From Terriglobia bacterium (GTDB lineage Bacteria > Acidobacteriota > Terriglobia > Acidiferrales > UBA7541), in NCBI GenBank assembly GCA_033853375.1, contig JAWOLO010000211.1, forward strand, positions 266-64,265: DNA of 64,000 nt, read 5' to 3'. Below are positions 55,790 through 64,000 of the stretch, piece after piece. Below the pieces are notes generated by a model, which saw only the letters and a list, made by a program, of their open reading frames with translations, had not been told where the DNA came from and did not search any database. Every line of letters starts with the position of its first letter. Positions within the stretch are counted from its first letter, which is position 1. The position numbers and the translations under genes were made by a program.

Positions 55790-57190
55790 TTACCGGCGGA
55801 CTCCCTGCGCAATCAACTCCGGTATCCCCACCACAACCGGCTGGTTGGCAACATGGCTGGGCTGCAGAACGAAGGTGCCCAGAATGTTGACGGCAAACGC
55901 TGTAAGTCCCGCTAATTCCAGCAACGCTGAGCCAGGGAGAACGGACCAGGCCCACGTCGCGTAACCTTGGTACGCAAGCACTTCACAGGAAACCCGCAAC
56001 GTGCAGCCGATGCACAACAGCAGCAAGCCCGCGAGCATCAGCTTCGTGCTCCACAGCAAGCGCATCCCCGCAAATGCCGGCAAGATCCGCTGACCAATGG
56101 ACAGAACCATTACGGAGATGAATCCCACCGTAAGGGCATGGCGGGATGCACCCCAGATCCCGCCGGACGTGTCCCAAATCGAGGCTGCTGCTCCGAGGAA
56201 TGCCGCCACCACCAGCCAGCCGTAGGCTACCCGCACAAACACGGGGAAGCCTGCATGGACACCTTTTATTTTTGCGGGCTGGTCGCTCGGTTCAAACACG
56301 CGAATCGCCACAATCGCCAGCGCCGTACTCGCCACGAAAAACCACGTCGATAGCCCCATTTGCCCAGCGACCGCCAAAACGATCCCGGTGCAGTTGATTG
56401 CGAGCGCGCTGGCCAGCACCCGCGTGCGCAGTTGCTTCAAGCCCAGAAAGACCCGGAGCCATTTTGCGCTGAACCCCCAGACAAACGGCACGAGAAATCC
56501 CCAGCCCATCAGTGCCAGGTATCGCTGATCGAACCGATGCGGAAATGCAGGGCTCTCGCCGCGAAACGAAATATAGAAGCTTCCTGCCACGTTCGTGCCA
56601 ACCACGGCAAGGAATCCCATCGTTGCGGTTAGTACCGCCCATACCCACGGCTCCAGCCCGCGCTTGGCTGGATCTTGAGGCCGGTGCTGCGAGATCACGC
56701 GAAAGAAAATCAAAAAACCCGCAAGTTCCAGAATGCCCGCAAGCGGCAGCAGCACGCGCCACTCCCACAAATACACTGTCGCGCCCCACCGCAAAGCCAC
56801 GCCTGTGGTCCAAAGCGCCCAGCAAACCCAGGCAGCGCGGACTGCATGTTTCGCCTCGCCACGCAACTTCGGAATGGAGTAAAACCCGATGCCCAGCAGA
56901 AAACTTCCGATCCACCCGAACACTTGCGCGTGGCCGTGTGCCTGCAGCCACGCCGGCGAAATCAGACCTGCGCTCTCGCGCCCGCTGATTTGCAGAAGGT
57001 TCCACACGCCGAGCAGCGTCCCCGGAAACAACATGAAGAACAAGCCCGTCGTGATGTACGCCATCAGCAAGCGCGAAAGCGCCAGCTCACGCGCCCTCGT
57101 CATGCGAAAGATTTCCTCGGCGGAATTTTGAGCCGAGGAATCCTTCGCTGAGGGCTTAATGCCGGTAATTGTTGGGGTGGAGGTTTCCAT
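55790..57190 (-). CDS. NnrS-like multi-TM protein
   Basis: About 12 TM; QAHGHAQVFGW and RHALTVGF motifs; downstream of the RIC gene. Confidence 0.75.
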   Translation of the reverse strand: METSTPTITGIKPSAKDSSAQNSAEEIFRMTRARELALSRLLMAYITTGLFFMLFPGTLLGVWNLLQISGRESAGLISPAWLQAHGHAQVFGWIGSFLLGIGFYSIPKLRGEAKHAVRAAWVCWALWTTGVALRWGATVYLWEWRVLLPLAGILELAGFLIFFRVISQHRPQDPAKRGLEPWVWAVLTATMGFLAVVGTNVAGSFYISFRGESPAFPHRFDQRYLALMGWGFLVPFVWGFSAKWLRVFLGLKQLRTRVLASALAINCTGIVLAVAGQMGLSTWFFVASTALAIVAIRVFEPSDQPAKIKGVHAGFPVFVRVAYGWLVVAAFLGAAASIWDTSGGIWGASRHALTVGFISVMVLSIGQRILPAFAGMRLLWSTKLMLAGLLLLCIGCTLRVSCEVLAYQGYATWAWSVLPGSALLELAGLTAFAVNILGTFVLQPSHVANQPVVVGIPELIAQGVRR

Positions 57191-57202
57191 GGCGCTCTTC
57201 GC

Positions 57203-57925
57203 TTACAGGATTTTGGCTTCCAGCTCGACGGCTCGCGGAAACAGAATGTTGTTTTCCAGGTGCACGTGCGTGTGCATGTCCGCCTCGAATTCCTGTAGCG
57301 AACGGTACACTTCTCGGTAGCTTTCGCACGCGTCCGCTGGCACCTTGTAGCCCCCGCTCAGTGTGCGCATGGCCTGCAGGGCCTCGCCCGCTGTATCGTG
57401 CTCTTGCATCATCATGTGTACGGGGTTGCGCACGGTCTGGAAGAACGGGGGCTCGATTTCCTCCTTGCCTTCTTCCGCCCGCTCGAGCCGTTCAATGTAC
57501 GGAAACAAGATCTGCTCTTCTTTCTGCATGTGCGCATACATTTCCTGCCCCACGCCGAGAAACTCTGCCTCGATCTTCGCCAGTTCCGGATGATTTGCTC
57601 CGTGCTTTGCCTTTACCTTTGCCAGCAGCGCGCTTACCCGCGGAATTGTTCCCCGGACATACTTGTGGTGTTTCTCAACAATGTGCTTGGTCAAATCCGC
57701 CAGGCGCGCCGAAGTCCAGTTGGCCTCTTCCGGCCCGACTTGCTGGCTGTTCTCCTGAAGCCGCCTCAAAATCTCCTGAGCCGATACACTCGAATGCATG
57801 CAGGCCTCATGCAGCGACTTCGCACCGCCACAGCAATAATCAACCCCTGCCTCCTCCAGAACTTTCTTCGCGCCCGGATTTGCCGCCGCAATGTCCCCTA
57901 CTCTTGTCGTGCTTGTGAAACTCAT
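57203..57925 (-). CDS. ric: Iron-sulfur cluster repair di-iron protein (RIC/YtfE/ScdA)
   Basis: DYCCGG, HH, HMQKEEQILFP, EHD and HVHLENNILFP motifs; GGAGG RBS. Confidence 0.95.
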   Translation of the reverse strand: MSFTSTTRVGDIAAANPGAKKVLEEAGVDYCCGGAKSLHEACMHSSVSAQEILRRLQENSQQVGPEEANWTSARLADLTKHIVEKHHKYVRGTIPRVSALLAKVKAKHGANHPELAKIEAEFLGVGQEMYAHMQKEEQILFPYIERLERAEEGKEEIEPPFFQTVRNPVHMMMQEHDTAGEALQAMRTLSGGYKVPADACESYREVYRSLQEFEADMHTHVHLENNILFPRAVELEAKIL

Positions 57926-57974
57926 AGCTGCCTCCCTTATAAGCGAAGTCTGCAGGGAGACACGCCACCCTGGC

Positions 57975-57990
57975 AGTGACTAAAGTCACT
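57975..57990. promoter_or_regulatory. Candidate Crp/Fnr-family operator upstream of ric
   Basis: AGTGAC-TAAA-GTCACT palindrome 50 bp upstream of the start. Confidence 0.65.
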
Positions 57991-58032
57991 CGCAGGGAAA
58001 ATGCGCTTTTTATTGGAAAAATAGGCGAGAAC

Positions 58033-58728
58033 TTACTCTGGTGAGGCCAACTCGCGCTTCAATCCCGTCACATCCTTGACGACTAGCTTCCGGCCTTCCA
58101 CTTCCAGATACCCTTCCGCTTGCAGTCGGCTCAAATTTCGGGAAACCAATTCCCGCACCGTGCCAAGCTCTGCGGCAAAATCCTGGTGGCTTTTCTTCAA
58201 CTCGAGGTGAATCCCGTCTTTCGCACGCGTGCCTTCCGCCTCGGCAAGCTGCAGAATCAATGCGATCAGGCGTTGGCGCACCGTGGTAAATGACAATTCC
58301 TCGATGATCCCGACCAGTCGCCGCAGCCGCGCTCCCACTACCGCAATCACTTTCAGCGCCACGTCCGGATGCTCGCGGCAAAAATTCTGAAAATCCTTGC
58401 GCGAGATAAACAGAAGCTCCGCATCCTCTGACGCTGAGGCTGCGGCAGGGTAGTTCCCGCCGTCAAATACCGGGAGCTCGGCAAACGAACTGCCCGGCCC
58501 CTCGATCGCCAGCACCTGTTCCCGTCCCGAGGCCGAGAGCTTGAAAATGCGCATCTTGCCCGACGCCACAAGAAACAATCCCGCGCAAGGATCTCCTTCG
58601 CCGAAGAGCAATTCGCCTCGTTGCAGGCGCTTCTTGCTCGTTCTAGCTGCTAGCGCCTGCATTTCCTCCGGAGTTAGACTCGCGAAGAGCGGCGTCTTGC
58701 GCAGCACCGCCTGAGTGTTATCGATCAT
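58033..58728 (-). CDS. Crp/Fnr-family regulator (HcpR/DNR-like, no FNR Cys cluster)
   Basis: LFGEGD, GREQVL and YPAAA; HTH GTVRELVSRNL. Confidence 0.93.
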   Translation of the reverse strand: MIDNTQAVLRKTPLFASLTPEEMQALAARTSKKRLQRGELLFGEGDPCAGLFLVASGKMRIFKLSASGREQVLAIEGPGSSFAELPVFDGGNYPAAASASEDAELLFISRKDFQNFCREHPDVALKVIAVVGARLRRLVGIIEELSFTTVRQRLIALILQLAEAEGTRAKDGIHLELKKSHQDFAAELGTVRELVSRNLSRLQAEGYLEVEGRKLVVKDVTGLKRELASPE

Positions 58729-58881
58729 CTTTTCGAGCCTGCTTGCGCTCTAGTATATTTCAAAGGGCACCCAGTTCAGTCGAACGATGAAACTGGTTCC
58801 CCCCTTGCAGAAGCACAACGCGTCCACAACAGGGACCTGGCTTCCGAACCAAAAACTAAGGACTGAAAACTAACAACCGGC

Positions 58882-59226
58882 TTACCCCGGCGGCCAGCGG
58901 AATTGTCTCCCACCCAGCAGGTGCAGGTGCAGATGAAAAACCGACTGGCCGGCGCCCGCGCCATTATTCAGCACAGTTCGGTACCCTCCAAGGAGCTTCC
59001 GTTCGCGGGCTAGCTGCGCCGCCACAAGCTGCAATTTGCCAAGTATCGCCTGATCTTCCGCGCTCGCATCCGTCAGTGATTCAAAATGCTTCCGCGGGCA
59101 AATCAGAATATGCGTGGGAGCCTGCGGGCTGATGTCCTCAAACGCAAACAGTTCCGGATCTTCGTAGACAATCTTCGACGGAATCTGCTTCGCCCCAATC
59201 TTGCAAAACGGGCAGTTCGAATTCAT
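58882..59226 (-). CDS. HIT-family nucleotide-binding protein
   Basis: CPFC, PQAPTH and GQSVFHLHLHLLGG motifs. Confidence 0.95.
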   Translation of the reverse strand: MNSNCPFCKIGAKQIPSKIVYEDPELFAFEDISPQAPTHILICPRKHFESLTDASAEDQAILGKLQLVAAQLARERKLLGGYRTVLNNGAGAGQSVFHLHLHLLGGRQFRWPPG

Positions 59227-60092
59227 CGGATTCTTCCCGCTGGAGTCTCGGGATCAAGACGAACCACGTACGGAGTAAAGCCTTCACGCGCGCTCAGTTG
59301 TGCGCTGAACTGCCGCGCCGCATCCTCGCCCGAAATTCTTCCCACTCGGACGCGGTAATAAGTCCCGTCCGGCGCATCATATTGCTGGATGAAAATCGGC
59401 GAATACGAAGCATTCAACCGGTCGCGCAACCGCTCCGCATTCCCCCGATCTTTGAAAGCTCCCACCTGCACCGTGAAAAATCCGACTGTGGGATCCACGT
59501 TGCCCAGCACTTCCACGCGCACCGGCGCAACTCCTGGACCCACTAAATCAATCTCCCGCGCCGCCGCCAATGAAAGATCGATAATGCGATCCTGCACAAA
59601 CGGCCCGCGGTCCGTGATGCGAACCGTCGTGGTTCTTCCGTTGTTCAGGTTCGTCACTCGCACCATGGTATCGAACGGCAGCGTGCGATGCGCCGCCGTG
59701 AATTTGTACATGTCGTAGATTTCGCCGTTCGAAGCGCGCCTCCCATTAAACGGCTCGCCATACCAGGAAGCGTTCCCCTCTTCCATGTACCCGACCGGAG
59801 CAGGCGCCGCAATCGGTCTGTCGCGCCTCCCTCGTGGACTGGAAGGCGCCTCGGGCACATCCGTCGAACGCTTCGCGGATTCCTCGGTTCCCGGAAGTGT
59901 ACTTGTAGGCTGCGATGGTGGCCGGCTCGCAATGGGCCTGCGCCCCGCGCATCCCGCACCGGCTAGGGACAACAAAAACAAACTTGTCGAGCCGAAATAA
60001 AGAATCCTACGCAGGCTCCGCGCGTCAATGGAGGGAGTTCCCCGCCCACTCACCTTTCTCGCTTTGCGAGACCTCTTGCGTGGGTTCTTCAA
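59223..60092 (-). CDS. rlpA: Septal lytic transglycosylase RlpA with SPOR domain; start uncertain
   Basis: Lipobox LAGAGC; ASWYG, TAAHRTLPF, DRGPF and IDLS motifs; SPOR QVGAF. Confidence 0.9.
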   Translation of the reverse strand: MKNPRKRSRKARKVSGRGTPSIDARSLRRILYFGSTSLFLLSLAGAGCAGRRPIASRPPSQPTSTLPGTEESAKRSTDVPEAPSSPRGRRDRPIAAPAPVGYMEEGNASWYGEPFNGRRASNGEIYDMYKFTAAHRTLPFDTMVRVTNLNNGRTTTVRITDRGPFVQDRIIDLSLAAAREIDLVGPGVAPVRVEVLGNVDPTVGFFTVQVGAFKDRGNAERLRDRLNASYSPIFIQQYDAPDGTYYRVRVGRISGEDAARQFSAQLSAREGFTPYVVRLDPETPAGRIR

Positions 60093-60106
60093 AGACCCGC
60101 CTGTAT

Positions 60107-60379
60107 TTAGGGCTTGGGGGAATCCTGCGTTTTCTTCGAACTGCGCGCGGCGTTGCGCTCTTCGAGCCAGCTCGCCGCTTCGCCAAGTTTCTCGGACACT
60201 TCGCGCAAGAACTGCGCTGTGCGCCTCTCGGTTTCCGGCGCAACGTCTTCCTTCATAAAAGTTTTGAGCCGCGCCAGTTCTTCGTCCACCCGTTTTCCGA
60301 AATCTTCTAAGTTTTTCATACCTTTCCACCGGCCGACTTCGTCGTCGATGCGTTTGCCGAATTCTTCGAATCGCCCCAT
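60107..60379 (-). CDS. Small helical hypothetical protein with duplicated N-terminal segment
   Basis: FEEFGKRIDDEV / LEDFGKRVDEEL; AGGGG RBS-like. Confidence 0.6.
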   Translation of the reverse strand: MGRFEEFGKRIDDEVGRWKGMKNLEDFGKRVDEELARLKTFMKEDVAPETERRTAQFLREVSEKLGEAASWLEERNAARSSKKTQDSPKP

Positions 60380-60462
60380 TGGCTACCCCTGGCCTTCCAC
60401 CGCGATATTTCGCGCGATTTCTGTATTATAGAAATGCCCTTTCCTGACCGCAAGGAGGACGG

Positions 60463-61383
60463 TTGACCCTACCCTACCGTTGGCAGTGGCGATTGGAACG
60501 ATGGAAAAATGCCATGCGCGGATTTTTCGGCGGTGAGCAACCGCCCCGTCCGAAGCTCTGCCCCGTCTGCGGCGCGCTGGTAGGCATCAAAGTCACGCGC
60601 TGCCACGAATGCGGCGCCAATCTCCGCTTTTCTCTCGCCGCCCTCAGTAAGCACGTTTCCGGAATTTTTGGCGAAAACGAAGCGCCCGTCACCACCGTTC
60701 TGCTGATCGCTAACATTCTGATGTTTGGCGTCAGTTGGCTGGCCATGGTGAACGAGGGCGTCGGCAGTTTTTCCAAAATCCTTTGGGGCATGAGTGGCGA
60801 GACCATGTACCGCCTGGGCGCGAGCTTCGGCCCCGCCATTTTTGGACTGAACGAATGGTGGCGCCTGGCCACTGCCATGTTTCTCCACGGCGGACTGATT
60901 CACATCGGTTTCAATATGATGGCCCTGATGCAGCTTGGCCCAGCGTTGGAGGAGCTGTATGGATCGGCGCGGTACCTGTTCTTCTATGTTGTGACCGGAA
61001 TGTTTGGTTTTCTGATCAGCGCTTTCTTCGGCAATTATTCGCTCGGAGCCAGCGGCGCGTTACTGGGGCTTGTTGGCTTGCTATTGGCGATCACCACTAA
61101 GCGCGGTGGCGCTTACATGCGCGAAATGCGCTCGCGCCTGATTACTTCCGTGGCCATTCTCTTTTTTCTGGGTTTTTCTGGGATCGGGATCGATAACTAT
61201 GCGCACGGTGGTGGATTGGCTTTGGGATTTGTTTTGGGAAAAGTCTTTGCCGACCGAAAACCAATGAACGTCAACGAGGTTCGCACTGCCCATGCTCTCG
61301 GATGGCTCGCCGGAATTGTCGTCCTTGGGTGTTTTATTCTGATGTTTATGCACTTCCATGATCCGCTTCCCGGCCGCGGATAG
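60463..61383 (+). CDS. Rhomboid intramembrane serine protease with N-terminal zinc ribbon
   Basis: CPVC...CHEC; WWRL, HIGFN, GASG and AHGGG motifs; AGGAGG RBS. Confidence 0.93.
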   Translation: MTLPYRWQWRLERWKNAMRGFFGGEQPPRPKLCPVCGALVGIKVTRCHECGANLRFSLAALSKHVSGIFGENEAPVTTVLLIANILMFGVSWLAMVNEGVGSFSKILWGMSGETMYRLGASFGPAIFGLNEWWRLATAMFLHGGLIHIGFNMMALMQLGPALEELYGSARYLFFYVVTGMFGFLISAFFGNYSLGASGALLGLVGLLLAITTKRGGAYMREMRSRLITSVAILFFLGFSGIGIDNYAHGGGLALGFVLGKVFADRKPMNVNEVRTAHALGWLAGIVVLGCFILMFMHFHDPLPGRG

Positions 61384-61440
61384 AACACAGACACTTCGCC
61401 GAAGCTGCATTTTTCTCCGGGCTTAGCATCACAGAGACTC

Positions 61441-61586
61441 TCATCCCGACCCTTAGGGTGCGCTCCTGCGCAGCCTGAGGCGCGCGTTGAGCGCTCCGTG
61501 CGCATCACCGGAGCGGAGGCCTGCCTGCCGCAGCTTGCCTGCTGCCTGCCCGCAGCAGGCGGGCAAGCAGGGCAGGGATCTGCTTT
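61441..61586 (+). repeat. Composite REP-like element containing three nested 19-nt palindromes
   Basis: TCATCCCGAC...GGAGG[57 nt]GATCTGCTTT; see finding. Confidence 0.8.
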
Positions 61587-61628
61587 CAATTTCGGAATCT
61601 TGGTTTAGACTTTTGAAATCCGTCGGTT

Positions 61629-62192
61629 CTAAAGCGGTTGCGAAGGCAGGTTGAGCCGGCGAGCAACGGTGAACGAATAATGCACGCCCGAGATGACGCA
61701 AAGCGCGGAGACAAAGTAAACGAGGAAGCGGTTGAACAGGTCGAGATGGAACGAGGGATACGCGGCCTCCAGCACAACGGAAAAAACCAATACGATTTGG
61801 GAAAACGTCGTGACTTTGCCATAAATGCTCGGGGGAAACGGGTGGTAGCCGGAGGCCAGAATGATCACGGCCGCCACGATCAGAATGAGCAGGTCGCGGC
61901 TTAGCACCAGAATGGTGAACCACCACGCAATCTGCTTATCGAAAGCCAGAACGATGAACGACGATGAGAGCAGGAGTTTATCGGCGATGGGATCGAGATA
62001 AGCGCCAAGCGAGGAGCTTTGGTTGAATTGCCGCGCGATGAGGCCATCGATGCCGTCGGAGAGTCCTGCAATCACCAGAATCAGCAGGGCCCATTTATAT
62101 TTTTCGTACGACACGAAAATCAGGAAGAACGGCAGAATGCAAAGCCGGAGAAAGGTGATTTGATTGGGTACGGTCCAGATTCGGCCCTTCAT
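61629..62192 (-). CDS. CDP-alcohol phosphatidyltransferase
   Basis: VPNQIT and DGIDGLIAR...GAYLDPIADK motifs. Confidence 0.94.
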   Translation of the reverse strand: MKGRIWTVPNQITFLRLCILPFFLIFVSYEKYKWALLILVIAGLSDGIDGLIARQFNQSSSLGAYLDPIADKLLLSSSFIVLAFDKQIAWWFTILVLSRDLLILIVAAVIILASGYHPFPPSIYGKVTTFSQIVLVFSVVLEAAYPSFHLDLFNRFLVYFVSALCVISGVHYSFTVARRLNLPSQPL

Positions 62193-62375
62193 GGTGCTTA
62201 CGAATAGCGTAATTCAGGGCTCATTTTCAGGCAACTCGGCCCTCTGCTGCTAAAGGGGAATCCAAACATCTGCAGTCCAGCGCATGAATCAAGCAAGTCG
62301 GTGCCACCAAAAGTTTGAAGTTTTCCATGTCCTGCTTCTCTTGAAGTTTGCAGCCTGTTGAAGAAAGCGATCAAT

Positions 62376-62408
62376 TGTCATCCCGAGCGCAGCGAGGGAT
62401 CTGCTTTT
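62376..62408 (+). repeat. REP-like repeat
   Basis: TGTCATCCCGAGCGCAGCGAGGGATCTGCTTTT. Confidence 0.85.
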
Positions 62409-62446
62409 CAAAAAAATCCAGGACCATCCGCGCATGAACCATCTGT

Positions 62447-62755
62447 TCAAGCAAATTGGGCGAGATACTCCTGCAAGGAACGGCCCAGCTTGCGCGCAAA
62501 AAGCTCATTCATCGAGGGAATGGACCCCGAGGGTTCGTCGAGCGAAACGCGCTCGACGCGGTGCATGGGAAAGAACACGGTCGGGAATCCCATGCGCTCG
62601 CCGTCGGGTTCATTCATCTGGCGGATGAAATGGTCGAACGAATTCAGGTCGATGCCGCGCAGCGTGAGCCCGGAAGGATTGATGGCCAGCAATTCGCCCC
62701 ACACTTTTTCTTTGGGCGAGTGCAGGCTGACGATCACGATGGAATGCGTGTCCAT
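62447..62755 (-). CDS. Conserved hypothetical small protein (Sm-like beta pattern)
   Basis: PKEKVWG, GLTLRGIDL and FFPMHRVER; plausible coding composition. Confidence 0.7.
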   Translation of the reverse strand: MDTHSIVIVSLHSPKEKVWGELLAINPSGLTLRGIDLNSFDHFIRQMNEPDGERMGFPTVFFPMHRVERVSLDEPSGSIPSMNELFARKLGRSLQEYLAQFA

Positions 62756-62932
62756 GGGCTTATTGAGGGTTTCTCTCTTTTAAGCTTAGCGCGAACTTGC
62801 GCAACTTGATTTCAGCGGTATGGAAAGAGTGACCGGTGACTTGGGATTCGTAACTCCCACATTAAACAAACGTCTTTCTGATTCAGCTAAACGCGGCGGC
62901 AATTTTTGAGCCATCACAGAAAATGAGCATTC

Positions 62933-63343
62933 TTAGTTCGTGCGCTCGTAGGCCTGGTTCAGCCACCACAGCGCATCACGAAGATCCGCGGCAGAGCGCA
63001 CATCGAACGAAAACCAGCGTTTTCCTGGCGTGACGCGTGAATCCTCCTGGGCGCGTCGCTCTAAATCGGACGGCAGAGGATCAAACCGAAAGATGACGGA
63101 ATTGGGCGTGTCGAATCCCCGAGTGACGGGCAGGCCTCCAAAAATTTTCTTGCGCCGGTAAAGGCCCATCATGCCGAACATCGGCTTGGTAGATATCTGC
63201 GGCCAGCCGCTCACTTCCGTCTTTAGCATCGCCGACCACTGCTTCATTTCTTCCGAAATCGGCGGCATTTTCGGCCGCTCGCGCATGGCCCGCGCGTTTT
63301 GCCCGGCTGGGGGATTCCGTCTTGTTTTTTTCGGCTTCGTCAT
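62933..63343 (-). CDS. TfoX-N-like / MmcQ-YjbR-fold hypothetical protein
   Basis: KPMFGMMGLY...KIFG; C-terminal WLNQAYE. Confidence 0.6.
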   Translation of the reverse strand: MTKPKKTRRNPPAGQNARAMRERPKMPPISEEMKQWSAMLKTEVSGWPQISTKPMFGMMGLYRRKKIFGGLPVTRGFDTPNSVIFRFDPLPSDLERRAQEDSRVTPGKRWFSFDVRSAADLRDALWWLNQAYERTN

Positions 63344-63356
63344 CGGACTCGGTTTT

Positions 63357-64000
63357 TCAGGAAGCAGCCTTGGAAGTACGGAAATCGAGCGAGGCGCCAC
63401 GTTTCAGCAAAGATTCCGCCTGCGTGACCATGCCTTCGATGATGCTCGCAGCACTGGGCCGGTCGTGAAGCAGTCCCGTAGCTTCGCCAACAACGGTCAG
63501 ATACATGTCTAAATTCTGCTGCTTGCGTGCCTCGGCGTAGGCTTCTGCGAGGCTGCCGCGCGATGCTGCGGCTTCCGCTTCCCGGTGCGCCCACTCGTCG
63601 GTGAATTTGTTTTTTAGAACGCGAAAGGAAAACTCCTGCGGCCACGGAACGCCGCGCAGCGCATCAATCGCTTTTGAGCGCACCGTGTCGTCGCCCGAGG
63701 CCCGTGCTGCGCGGTCGATCATCGCTTGCGGCGTGAGCGCTTCCGCCGCAGCCCAGAAGCGCGTTCCAACGAGCACACCATCAGCTCCCAACATCAGCGC
63801 AGCGGCAAGTCCGCGGCCATCAGCGATTCCGCCTGCCGCAAGCAGCAGCGTTTTAGGCGCGTGCTTTGCCAAGAAATCCGCCGCTTCCGGGACCAATGGC
63901 AGCGTCGAGCGACTGGCGCCATGCCCGCCCGCTTCCGTGCCCTGCGCGACAATCGCGTCTGCCTCGGCCTCGAGCGCCTGTTCAACTTGTCGCAAAGTTT
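63357..64000 (-). CDS. Nitronate monooxygenase (FMN-dependent), 5'-truncated by window edge
   Basis: AQGTEAGGH, AAGGIADGRG and GADGVLVGTRF motifs. Confidence 0.92.
   Translation of the reverse strand, partial: TLRQVEQALEAEADAIVAQGTEAGGHGASRSTLPLVPEAADFLAKHAPKTLLLAAGGIADGRGLAAALMLGADGVLVGTRFWAAAEALTPQAMIDRAARASGDDTVRSKAIDALRGVPWPQEFSFRVLKNKFTDEWAHREAEAAASRGSLAEAYAEARKQQNLDMYLTVVGEATGLLHDRPSAASIIEGMVTQAESLLKRGASLDFRTSKAAS

Noticed and set aside
58852-58880. Degenerate heptamer runs (also around 42060-42090 and 42165-42220)
   Set aside because: Short and too degenerate to support a functional call
60093-60329. Long N-terminal extension of RlpA
   Set aside because: It overlaps the 60107-60379 gene in another frame and lies far upstream of the lipobox
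62351-62365. CAGCCTGTTGAAGAA resembling an IS/MITE terminal repeat
   Set aside because: No matching inverted end or transposase found

Overview
High-GC bacterial chromosomal window, most likely Acidobacteriota. This is inferred from gene families (Oar-like TonB receptor, 'HDTHDWD' quinoprotein plus dihaem cytochrome, PadR/membrane pair) and from the repeat families. It holds about 50 CDS and one tRNA-Arg(CCT). Functions cover fatty-acid catabolism, periplasmic hydrolases, cytochrome bd and malic enzyme, Ser/Thr signalling (kinase, HEAT-PilZ protein, PP2C, FHA), an RND pump and a Crp/Fnr-RIC-NnrS nitrosative-stress module. I found no integrase, transposase, CRISPR array or rRNA. The most unusual signals are: (1) three 19-nt palindromic micro-elements nested inside one another within a REP-like repeat (61520-61576); (2) a palindromic repeat that sits in frame in a thiolase gene; (3) an orphan contractile-injection-system tail-tube gene preceded by two near-identical hairpins; (4) a coupled trio of secreted amidohydrolases of which only one keeps its metal ligands; (5) an in-frame internally deleted CHASE2-cyclase remnant and a triply frameshifted PIN toxin. 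All family calls come from motif recognition by eye, not database searches.
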